Positions 8,665 through 16,528 of a stretch of 64,000 bases of DNA are shown here, in pieces. The notes under the pieces are model-generated. The model searched no databases. It saw only the letters and a list, made by a program, of their open reading frames with translations, and was not told the DNA's origin. This DNA is from Gemmatimonadota bacterium (GTDB lineage: Bacteria; Gemmatimonadota; Gemmatimonadetes; JACCXV01; JAHWKZ01). A program made the position numbers and the translations under genes. Where the stretch lies: assembly GCA_035524965.1 (NCBI GenBank), contig DATLFH010000088.1:33433-97432 (forward strand). The letters are read 5' to 3'. Numbering within the stretch: the first letter of the stretch is position 1; every line of letters starts with the position of its first letter.

Positions 8665-9303
8665 GTGCTGGAATCGTTCCTGTTGCTGGCCCCGATGCTC
8701 CTGTTCTCGATCATCGTGCACGAGTGCGCGCACGGGTACGTGGCCGAGTGGTGGGGAGACCCCACGGCGCGGATGCTGGGCCGCCTGACGCTGAACCCGC
8801 TGCCGCACATCGATCCGCTGGGATCGATCCTCGTCCCGGGCCTCCTCCTCATGTCCGGCTCGGGGGTTCTGTTCGGATGGGCCAAGCCGGTTCCGGTGAC
8901 GCCGCAGAATTTCCGCGACCGCAGGTGGGGCGACATCACGGTATCACTCGCCGGGCCGGCTTCCAACGTGTTGCTGGCGCTGGGCCTGGCGGGGGTGCTC
9001 CTGGGAGCCCGGTTGGCCACCGGCGGTGTACCCAACGCGCTCTTCCAGGTCTGCGCATACGGCATCCTCCTGAACCTGGTCCTTGCCGTCTTCAACCTGC
9101 TTCCCGTGCCGCCGCTCGACGGCTCTCACGTCGTCGCCAACTTGCTGCCGAGGCGGACCGCGTACGCCTATCAGTCGCTCGGTCGGTTCGGTCTGGTGAT
9201 CGTCTTGCTCCTGCTCTTCATCCCGGGGCTGATAGACGTGATCTTCCTGCCCGCCCGGGTGGCGACCGGAGTGCTGTTGCAGGTCGCGACCGGATTCTGG
9301 TGA
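8665..9303 (+). CDS. Site-2 protease family (M50) membrane metalloprotease
   Basis: HECAH, NPLPHID, WAKPVP and NLLPVPPLDG motifs. Confidence 0.93.
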   Translation: MLESFLLLAPMLLFSIIVHECAHGYVAEWWGDPTARMLGRLTLNPLPHIDPLGSILVPGLLLMSGSGVLFGWAKPVPVTPQNFRDRRWGDITVSLAGPASNVLLALGLAGVLLGARLATGGVPNALFQVCAYGILLNLVLAVFNLLPVPPLDGSHVVANLLPRRTAYAYQSLGRFGLVIVLLLLFIPGLIDVIFLPARVATGVLLQVATGFW

Positions 9304-10355
9304 GCGGGGGGCCCACGGAGCCGGCCGGCGCCCCCGACCCGAGCCACGGTCGGGGTCGGGTCATGAGCGGGATCCAGCCCACCGGCGAGATTCACATCGG
9401 CAACTACTTCGGCGCGATCCGGAACTGGGTCGAGCTGCAGGACCGCTACGAGTGCTTCTACGCGATCGTCGACTATCACGCGATCGCGACGCCTTACGAT
9501 CCGGTCGGGTTCCCGGAGCTGCTCGAGGACGCCGCTGTGTCGCTCCTGGCGGCCGGGCTCGACCCCGAGCGCTGTCATCTCTTCCTGCAGTCGGAGGTGC
9601 CCGAGCACACCGAGCTGGCCTGGATCCTCACGACGCTGGCGCCGCTCGGGCAGCTTCAGCGGATGACCCAGTTCAAGGAGAAGGCGGGGGAGGGGGAGGA
9701 GGTCGCGATCCGGGCCGGCCTTCTCATGTACCCGGTCCTTCAGGCGGCGGACATCCTCGTCTACAAGGCGGATCGGGTGCCCGTGGGCGAGGATCAGGTC
9801 CAGCACCTGGAGCTGGCGCGCACGCTGGCGCGCCGATTCAACACCACCTTCGGCGCGACTTTCCCCGAGCCGCAGCCGCTCCTGACCCGGGCCCGGCGCA
9901 TCCTGGGGCTGGACGGGCAAAGCAAGATGTCGAAGACGAAGGGGAACCACATCGGGCTGCTCGACCCGCCGGAGACGATCCGCGAGAAGATGGCGACGGC
10001 GTTCACCGATCCGCAGCGGAAGCGTCGATCGGACCCGGGCCGTCCCGAGGTCTGCAACGTGTTCACCCTCCACCACTACTTCAGCGACCCGGATACAATC
10101 GCCCGGGTCGATCGCGAGTGCAGGAGCGCCCGGATCGGCTGCTACGAAGACAAGATGCTGCTCGCCGACATCATGATCGAGTCGCTGAGGCCGATGCGGG
10201 AGCGGGCCGCCGAGCTGCGCCGCGATCCGGGTCGGATCCGTGAGATCCTGGACCGCGGCCGCGCGGCCGCGCGCCGGGTAGCGAGCGAAACGATGGACGA
10301 GGTGCGCGCGGCGCTGGGACTATGGCCGACATCGATCCGGACATCCAGAGCGTAA
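9300..10355 (+). CDS. trpS: Tryptophan--tRNA ligase
   Basis: SGIQPTG, HIGN, YPVLQAADI, VPVGEDQ and KMSKT. Start taken as GTG 9300 overlapping the upstream TGA (ATG 9363 is an alternative). Confidence 0.96.
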   Translation: MSGGPTEPAGAPDPSHGRGRVMSGIQPTGEIHIGNYFGAIRNWVELQDRYECFYAIVDYHAIATPYDPVGFPELLEDAAVSLLAAGLDPERCHLFLQSEVPEHTELAWILTTLAPLGQLQRMTQFKEKAGEGEEVAIRAGLLMYPVLQAADILVYKADRVPVGEDQVQHLELARTLARRFNTTFGATFPEPQPLLTRARRILGLDGQSKMSKTKGNHIGLLDPPETIREKMATAFTDPQRKRRSDPGRPEVCNVFTLHHYFSDPDTIARVDRECRSARIGCYEDKMLLADIMIESLRPMRERAAELRRDPGRIREILDRGRAAARRVASETMDEVRAALGLWPTSIRTSRA

Positions 10356-11101
10356 AGCTGGCGGCCCTCGATTTCGAGGGACCGCTGGACCTGCTCGTCT
10401 ACCTCGTGCAGACGAACGAAGTCGACATCTACGATATCCCGATCGCGCTCATCGCCGAGCAGTTCCTCGAGTACGTCGAGTCGATGACGCCGGAGCGCCT
10501 CGCGGAGGCGGGCGACTTCCTGCTCATGGCGGCGACGCTGCTCCGGATCAAGGCCCAGATGCTGTTGCCGCAGCCGACCGCGGGGGACGAGGAGAAGATC
10601 GAGGACCCGCGCCGGGAGCTGGTGCTCAAGATCATCGAGTACCAGCAGTTCCTCGAGATCGCCGAGCACCTGCGGGAGCACGAGTCCGCGCGGCGGCTGG
10701 TCTTCCCGCGGGGGTATCGGGACTGGGTCGAGGAGGATGCCGCGGAGGATGCCGCGGGCGGGACGCGGGAAGGGCGGGGCGAACCCGGCGGCCGCGCCTC
10801 CCTCGCCGATCTCCTGCGCGCTTTCGCCGCACTGATGCGGCAGGCGGAGCGGGACCGGGCCCACCGGCTGGAGCCGCTGCCGATCTCGATCGAGGACAAG
10901 GTCCGGTTCATCCGCCGCCATCTCCTGGGGGCGGGGCGAACGACGCTGCGCGAGCTCTTCCTCCCGGCGGAGCCGCGCGCCTACTGGATCGTGACGTTCA
11001 TCGCTCTCCTCGAGATGGCGCGCGAAGGGGAGCTGCGGTTGAGACAGGGAGACACCTTCGGCGAGGTTCACGTCTACCCCGGAAAATCGAATCGCCGATG
11101 A
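10322..11101 (+). CDS. scpA: Segregation and condensation protein A
   Basis: FEGPLDLL, EVDIYDIPI, LLRIKAQMLLP and VTFIALLEM motifs. Confidence 0.95.
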   Translation: MADIDPDIQSVKLAALDFEGPLDLLVYLVQTNEVDIYDIPIALIAEQFLEYVESMTPERLAEAGDFLLMAATLLRIKAQMLLPQPTAGDEEKIEDPRRELVLKIIEYQQFLEIAEHLREHESARRLVFPRGYRDWVEEDAAEDAAGGTREGRGEPGGRASLADLLRAFAALMRQAERDRAHRLEPLPISIEDKVRFIRRHLLGAGRTTLRELFLPAEPRAYWIVTFIALLEMAREGELRLRQGDTFGEVHVYPGKSNRR

Positions 11102-11164
11102 GTGAGTCGCCACCGATGAGTGAGTCGCCACCGATGAGTGAGCCACCGCCGATGAGTGAGTCGC
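11095..11164 (+). repeat. 18-bp tandem repeat (about 3.9 copies, CCGATGAGTGAGTCGCCA) at the scpA stop/scpB start
   Basis: Copies start at 11095, 11113, 11131 and 11149; they encode MSESPP MSESPP MSEPPP MSES. Confidence 0.95.
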
Positions 11165-11724
11165 GGGACGACGCGCCGCCGAGCGCGGGCGAGATCGTAG
11201 AGGCGTTGCTGTTCGCGACCGACGAGCCCTTGACGGCGCGCGGGCTGGCGGCGCTCGTGGGCGACGCGACCCCGGCGGTGATCGAGGACGTGATCGCCGC
11301 TCTCAACGCCGACTATCTGCGTGAGCGCAGGGCGTTCCGCATCGAGCCCGTGGCCGGGGGCTACCAGATCGTGACGCGCTCGGCGTTCGCGCCCTGGGTG
11401 CGGCGTCTCCGCGCCTCGCCCCCCACGCCGCGCCTCTCGCAGGCCGCGCTCGAGACGCTCGCCATCGTCGCCTACAAGCAGCCGGTCTCGCGAGCCGAGC
11501 TGGAGGCGATCCGCGGCGTCTCGGTCGACGGAGTCCTGAGGACCCTGGTCGAGCGAGAGCTGGTGACGATCGCCGGCCGCGGGGAAGGGTTGGGCCGGCC
11601 GTTACTGTACGGCACAACCGCGCATTTCCTGGAGTACTTCGGTCTCACGGGTCTGGACGCGCTCCCGCGTCCCGAGGAGCTGGAGATCCTGTTCGCCGAC
11701 CGCGAGCGGGAAGGGGAGGCGTAG
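11098..11724 (+). CDS. scpB: SMC-Scp complex subunit ScpB
   Basis: EALLFA, GGYQ, LSQAALETLAIVAYKQP, IRGV and GRPLLYGTT motifs. Confidence 0.96.
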   Translation: MSESPPMSESPPMSEPPPMSESRDDAPPSAGEIVEALLFATDEPLTARGLAALVGDATPAVIEDVIAALNADYLRERRAFRIEPVAGGYQIVTRSAFAPWVRRLRASPPTPRLSQAALETLAIVAYKQPVSRAELEAIRGVSVDGVLRTLVERELVTIAGRGEGLGRPLLYGTTAHFLEYFGLTGLDALPRPEELEILFADREREGEA

Positions 11725-11725
11725 A

Positions 11726-12505
11726 ATGGCGGTCCGTCTGCAGCGCTACCTGGCCCAGGCCGGCGTGGCGTCGCGCCGCAGGTGCGAGGATCTGATCGCG
11801 GCCGGCCTGGTGGCGGTGAACGGGAAGGTGGTGACGGCCCCCGGGACGACGGTCGATCCGGAGAGCGATCGGGTCACGCTGCGCGGGCGGCGGGTCCGTC
11901 CCCGGTTCGCGGAGCTCTCGCCCGGGGCGGCTCTGGGATCGATCCTCCACAAGCCGCGCGGCGTCCTTACGTCGCGGTCGGACCCCGGCGGAAGGCCCAC
12001 CGTCTACGATCTCGTGCGGGAGCCGGCGGAGGGTCGTCTCGTCTACGTCGGCCGGCTGGACCGCGACACGGAGGGCCTTCTCCTGTTCACCACCGACGGC
12101 CGGCTCGCACACCGTCTCACCCATCCCCGCTGGCGGATCGAGCGGGCCTACGAGGCCGAGGTCGAGGGGGCCCTGGACGAGAAGCGCCTCTTCGCCGGCG
12201 CCCGCCGCGGGATCGTGCTCGAGGACGGCCGCACGGGTCCGTTCCGCGCGCGGGTCCTCGCCTCGCGGCCCCATTCGCCACGCCGGCGGCGCGTCGAGCT
12301 CGTGCTGACCGAGGGCCGCAAGCGCGAGGTCCGCCGGATCCTCGGCGCCTGCGGCGTCCAGGTCGAACGGCTCGTGCGGACGCGGTTCGCCTTCCTGACG
12401 CTCGCGGGGCTCACCCCCGGCGAGTCCCGGAAACTCGCTCCCCGTGAGATGGACCGGCTGCGGAGACTGGTGGGCCTGCCTCCCGTCCCGGGGATGGAGA
12501 GCTGA
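11726..12505 (+). CDS. rluB: rRNA pseudouridine synthase, RsuA/RluB family
   Basis: S4 domain RLQRYLAQAGVASRR, HKPRG, GRLD catalytic Asp, EGRKREVRR; scpAB-rluB context. Confidence 0.88.
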   Translation: MAVRLQRYLAQAGVASRRRCEDLIAAGLVAVNGKVVTAPGTTVDPESDRVTLRGRRVRPRFAELSPGAALGSILHKPRGVLTSRSDPGGRPTVYDLVREPAEGRLVYVGRLDRDTEGLLLFTTDGRLAHRLTHPRWRIERAYEAEVEGALDEKRLFAGARRGIVLEDGRTGPFRARVLASRPHSPRRRRVELVLTEGRKREVRRILGACGVQVERLVRTRFAFLTLAGLTPGESRKLAPREMDRLRRLVGLPPVPGMES

Positions 12506-12507
12506 GC

Positions 12508-14232
12508 GTGGAGCTCAAGGACCGGACCGTGCTGATCCTGGGCGGCTGGGGCCTGGTCGGCTCGGCGATCGCCCGCGCCGTCCTCCCCGAGTCGCCGGCC
12601 GCGCTCATCGTCCATTCGCTCCGCCGTGAGGAAGCCGACGAGGCGGTCGCGGCGCTCACGCAGCAGTTTCCGGCCCTCGCGGGTCGGATTGCGCCCGCGT
12701 GGGGAAACATCTTCGTGCGGAGCGAGCTCAAGGACCATGACCGCTCCGAGCTCCTGGCCCGTCGCGAGACCCGGCGGATGATCGTCGACGACACGATGCA
12801 GGACCTGACCGACGACATCGTCCGGGAGTCCTACCTCTACCGGCTCCTCGTCGAGCATTGCCCGGAGGTGGTCGTGGACTGCATCAACACGGCCACCGCG
12901 TTCGCGTATCAGGACGTGTTCTACAGCGTCCGTCGGGTCCGCAAGGTCGTCGCGCAGGTCGACGCGGGAGAAGCCGGGGCAGCGGCGCTCCGGGATGTGA
13001 TCGAGGATCACCTGACGACGCTCAGCCTGCCGCAGCTTATCCGTCACGTCCAGATCGTGCGGGAGGCGCTGCGCGCGGCGGGGGCGAGGATCTACTTGAA
13101 GGTCGGAACGACCGGCTCGGGGGGGATGGGTCTCAACATCCCGTACACGCACTCGGAGGAGAGGCCGAGCCGGGTCCTCCTCTCCAAGTCGTCGATCGCG
13201 GGAGCCCACTCCATGCTCCTGTATTTGCTGGCGCGTACCCCGGGGGCTCCGGTCGTGAAGGAGATCAAGCCCAGCGCCGCGATCGCCTGGAAGGAGATCG
13301 GCGCCGGGCCGATCGAGCGGCGTGGCCGTCCGATCGAGCTCTATGACTGTTCCCCCGATCGGGCGCTCGGCGTGGCGGATTCGCTGAGCGACGACGCCGG
13401 CGGATGGCACCCGCTGCGGGATCCGGACGGGAAGCCCCGCGTGCTCGAGTCGGTCTACATCGATACCGGCGAAAACGGGGTCTTCTCGTGCGAGGAGTTC
13501 GAGACGGTGACCGCGCTCGGTCAGATGGAGTTCGTGACCCCCGAGGAGATCGCCGCCGACGCGCTGATCGAGATCCGGGGCGGCACGACGGGACGCGAGG
13601 TCATCGCGGCCCTGGACGGCGGCACCCTCGGTCCGACCTACCGGGCGGGCGTCCTGCGCCACCGCGCCATCGAGACGATGCGCCGCATGGAGGCCGACCA
13701 CGAGCACGATTCGGTAGCCTTCGAGATGCTCGGCCCGCCGCGCCTGTCGAAGCTGCTCTTCGAAGCATACCTGCTGAAGCGGACTGCGGGGAGCTTGTCC
13801 GCGGTGGCGGAAGGCGACCCGGGGTCGATGAGCGCGGCGTGTGCGCGTCTGGTCGTGGAGGACCCCGAGATCCGGGCGCGAATCCTCTCGGTCGGAATTC
13901 CGATCCGTCTTCCGGACGGAAGACTTCTGCGCGGGCCGGAGATGAAGACCCCCCCCTACAAGGAAGAGGCCCGGGAGGAGCTCGCCCCGGCGGCGGTCGA
14001 GCGCTGGGCGGATGCGGGGTGGGTCGACCTGCGCACTCCCAACCTCGGGCGGTGGCGCGACCGGGCGCGGGCGATCCTCGACGAGATGCAGGCGCTCCCG
14101 GCGGGAGACACGTCATCCGCCCGCTTCCAGGACCGTGCCTACTGGGCCGCGGAGAGCGATCTTCCGGTCGGCCGCGTGGCGGCCTGGATCCTGGGCGTCG
14201 AGGAGAAAGGAGCGCGGGGAAAGGCGGTATGA
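12508..14232 (+). CDS. Uncharacterised 574-aa Rossmann-fold (NAD(P)-binding, SDR-like) protein
   Basis: N-terminal VLILGGWGLVG dinucleotide-binding motif; host-like codon usage; coupled to flanking genes. Confidence 0.7.
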   Translation: MELKDRTVLILGGWGLVGSAIARAVLPESPAALIVHSLRREEADEAVAALTQQFPALAGRIAPAWGNIFVRSELKDHDRSELLARRETRRMIVDDTMQDLTDDIVRESYLYRLLVEHCPEVVVDCINTATAFAYQDVFYSVRRVRKVVAQVDAGEAGAAALRDVIEDHLTTLSLPQLIRHVQIVREALRAAGARIYLKVGTTGSGGMGLNIPYTHSEERPSRVLLSKSSIAGAHSMLLYLLARTPGAPVVKEIKPSAAIAWKEIGAGPIERRGRPIELYDCSPDRALGVADSLSDDAGGWHPLRDPDGKPRVLESVYIDTGENGVFSCEEFETVTALGQMEFVTPEEIAADALIEIRGGTTGREVIAALDGGTLGPTYRAGVLRHRAIETMRRMEADHEHDSVAFEMLGPPRLSKLLFEAYLLKRTAGSLSAVAEGDPGSMSAACARLVVEDPEIRARILSVGIPIRLPDGRLLRGPEMKTPPYKEEAREELAPAAVERWADAGWVDLRTPNLGRWRDRARAILDEMQALPAGDTSSARFQDRAYWAAESDLPVGRVAAWILGVEEKGARGKAV

Positions 14233-14870
14233 ACCCCGGGACGATGTCGGCCTCCGAGAGGTCGGTCTCGGAGAGATCGGCCCCGCAGATCACCGCCGTC
14301 GGTCTGTCGCCGGAGGCGGAACGGGTCGCTGCGCTCGTCGGCCTGGCACAGGGCGGCGACCCGCGCGCGTTCAGTGAGCTGATGGCCGCCTATCAGAACG
14401 CCTTCTACGGCCTCGCGCGGCGCTACACCCAGTCCCACGAGGACGCCGACGATGTGCTCCAGGAGGCGTTCGTCAAGATCTTCCAGAACCTGTCGGGCCT
14501 GACGCGGCGGGAGGCCTTCTTCCCGTGGGCGCGGCGGATCATGGTGAACACCGCTCTCGACACGATCCGCAGGCGCCGGCGGAGCTCCGAAGTGGAAGTC
14601 CCTGCCACGGAGGGGATCGAGGTCACCCAGGAGGACTCACGCCTCGAGCCCCCCGACCGGCGTGTCGAGCGTTGCGAATTCTTCCTCAAGCTGGAGCGGG
14701 CGCTGCGGGCGCTGCCCCCGCGCCAGCGCGAGATCGTCACTCTCCACGACATCGAGGGCCTGGACACGGAAGAGATCGCCCGCCGGTGCGACTGCCCGCC
14801 GGCTACCGTTCGCTCCAATCTGTTCTATGGTCGGGAGAAGCTGCGTCGCATGCTTTCGGGTCACCGCTGA
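14229..14870 (+). CDS. ECF (group 4) RNA polymerase sigma-70 factor
   Basis: ATG 14229 overlapping the upstream TGA; DADDVLQEAF, region 2 WARRIMVN, LPPRQREIV and TVRSNLFYGREKLR. Confidence 0.93.
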   Translation: MNPGTMSASERSVSERSAPQITAVGLSPEAERVAALVGLAQGGDPRAFSELMAAYQNAFYGLARRYTQSHEDADDVLQEAFVKIFQNLSGLTRREAFFPWARRIMVNTALDTIRRRRRSSEVEVPATEGIEVTQEDSRLEPPDRRVERCEFFLKLERALRALPPRQREIVTLHDIEGLDTEEIARRCDCPPATVRSNLFYGREKLRRMLSGHR

Positions 14871-14892
14871 GGCGCCGCTGGGCTATTCCGCA

Positions 14893-14921
14893 TTGAACGG
14901 TTCGCTGCGCGGCGCGTCAAA
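14893..14921 (+). promoter_or_regulatory. Putative ECF-sigma promoter upstream of the anti-sigma gene
   Basis: TTGAAC-16 bp-CGTCAAA fits the general ECF AAC-N16-CGT layout; GAGGAGG RBS follows. Confidence 0.5.
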
Positions 14922-14942
14922 GGGAAGGATCGAGGAGGTTCA

Positions 14943-15515
14943 ATGGTGCACGACACCGAGCATCTCGCTGCCGAGACGATCTACGCGCTGCTGGACGACC
15001 GGCTCGACGCCGTTCGGGCGCGGCAGGTCGAGTCTCACCTGTGGCGCTGCGAACCGTGCCGCGCGCTCAGGGAAGAGTGCGGTGCGCTGCGCAACGCCCT
15101 GGCGTGGTACGCGGCCGAGCCGCCGGGGCCTCCCGAGGGTTACTGGAAGGAGTTCTGGCGGCGGAGCCCCCTCGCTGTCCGCACCGCGGGAACCCTCCGC
15201 ATGGCCGGGACCCGCACGGCCGGGACCTCGCGCCCGGGCTTCCGGCGGGTGGCGATCGCGCTCGCCCCGGCGCTCGCCGTCGCCGCCTCACTCCTGCTTC
15301 TCGTCGGTCTCTGGCGAACGGGTTCGGAAAGGCCAGAAAGATCGGTAGGACCGGAAGGGATCAGCGAACCGTCCCCTTCCATCGTCTCGCCGGTCCTCGG
15401 CCAGGCCGAATGGGCCGACGATTACGATTTCTTCGAACAAGTGACGATCGCGGTCGGCAGCGTCGACCCGATGTCGAAGGGCGTCGTTCTGGCGAGTCTG
15501 GCCCAGGCTCCTTGA
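14943..15515 (+). CDS. Zinc-finger (ZAS, zf-HC2) transmembrane anti-sigma factor
   Basis: HLWRCEPC (HxxxCxxC), single TM helix, directly after the ECF sigma gene. Confidence 0.88.
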   Translation: MVHDTEHLAAETIYALLDDRLDAVRARQVESHLWRCEPCRALREECGALRNALAWYAAEPPGPPEGYWKEFWRRSPLAVRTAGTLRMAGTRTAGTSRPGFRRVAIALAPALAVAASLLLLVGLWRTGSERPERSVGPEGISEPSPSIVSPVLGQAEWADDYDFFEQVTIAVGSVDPMSKGVVLASLAQAP

Positions 15516-16357
15516 AGTCCCCTTTCCCGTTCGTTCCCCTCCTCGTCGCGGTCCTGGCGGGAGCGCTCGCGGCGTGCACCGAGTCGCCCGCGGAGTCGGG
15601 CGTCCGGCTCCGCCTTCGGTACGAAATCGGAGACACCCTCCATTACGAGTACGTAGCGACGGGGACCGTCACGATGCCCGACTCGGCGGGCCCGGTCACC
15701 GAGTCCTACGAGCGACGCCTGCGGGTCGATGAGGTGGCGACCGACGCGACCCCGCGCGGCAACTACATGCTCGCCTGGACCTACCATCTGACGCATGACA
15801 CGCTGGGGTCGGCCACGGCGGTTCCGATGCAGTTCACCGTGCATGTGGAGATCAGCCCACAGGGCAAGATCGTCAACGTCGAAAACGTCGAGACCGCCAG
15901 GCCCCTCTTCGGCGATCTCGACTTCCGCACCTACCTCGAGCAGACCCAGCCGGTCTTCCCCGAGCGCCCGCTGACGGTAGGGGACAGTTGGACCCAGGAG
16001 GTCAAGGTCCTGTCGCCCCAGGCCGAGCCGGTCATCACGTCCTCCACCTACGTCCTCGAGGCGCTGCGAAGCGAGGCCGGAGAGCTGATCGCGGTCATCG
16101 CGTTCGACGGCGATGTCTACCTGCCGGTCGTCTACGAGAGCGACGGCGAGGACGAGGACGAAGAGCTGCGGTCGGTCGAGGAGCGGATCGGGGTCCGCGG
16201 CCGGATGTTCTTCGCGCACGAGCGGGGACTGGTGCGGCGCGTCGATTCTGACGCTCAAGCGACGATGACGAAGATCTCCTTTCGCGCCGACCGGCCGATC
16301 CGCCGGGAGATCGAGATCACCCAGGAAAGCACGCTGCGCCTGATCGACCGCGAGTAG
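15512..16357 (+). CDS. Hypothetical lipoprotein, beta-rich
   Basis: TTG 15512 overlapping the upstream TGA; lipobox LAA-C. Confidence 0.7.
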   Translation: MKSPFPFVPLLVAVLAGALAACTESPAESGVRLRLRYEIGDTLHYEYVATGTVTMPDSAGPVTESYERRLRVDEVATDATPRGNYMLAWTYHLTHDTLGSATAVPMQFTVHVEISPQGKIVNVENVETARPLFGDLDFRTYLEQTQPVFPERPLTVGDSWTQEVKVLSPQAEPVITSSTYVLEALRSEAGELIAVIAFDGDVYLPVVYESDGEDEDEELRSVEERIGVRGRMFFAHERGLVRRVDSDAQATMTKISFRADRPIRREIEITQESTLRLIDRE

Positions 16358-16436
16358 CCCGGCTGCCGCGGCGCGCTTCGACCCCTGTTCTCCTTGGCGG
16401 TCATTCTCCTTCGAGAATCGCTCCTGAAAATCGGAC

Positions 16437-16464
16437 TTGACTGGTCCGGTTTTTTGCGTATGCT
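16437..16464 (+). promoter_or_regulatory. Putative sigma70 promoter for the TonB receptor
   Basis: TTGACT-16 bp-TATGCT. Confidence 0.55.
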
Positions 16465-16466
16465 GT

Positions 16467-16483
16467 TTGAGACCGGGTCTCAA
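16467..16483. promoter_or_regulatory. Perfect 7-3-7 palindromic operator TTGAGAC-CGG-GTCTCAA (probable iron-repressor box)
   Basis: Exact inverted repeat 2 bp after the -10 hexamer, upstream of a FecA-like receptor. Confidence 0.65.
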
Positions 16484-16528
16484 GCATCGCAAATCACTCT
16501 TAAGTCTACTGGATGAGGGTTCCGCCCG

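Noticed and set aside
10142-11306. Minus-strand ORFs with HSSVAT or IGGDSL repeats
   Set aside because: Antisense shadows of the scpB 18-bp repeat and of scpA.
8560-16496. 12-mer GCATCGCAAATC shared in inverted orientation by the rpsT and TonB-receptor promoter regions
   Set aside because: One 12-bp match between intergenic regions is within chance expectation, and there is no functional link.
16358-16528. Cobalamin or TPP riboswitch upstream of the TonB receptor
   Set aside because: No conserved riboswitch core sequences; promoter plus operator explains the region.
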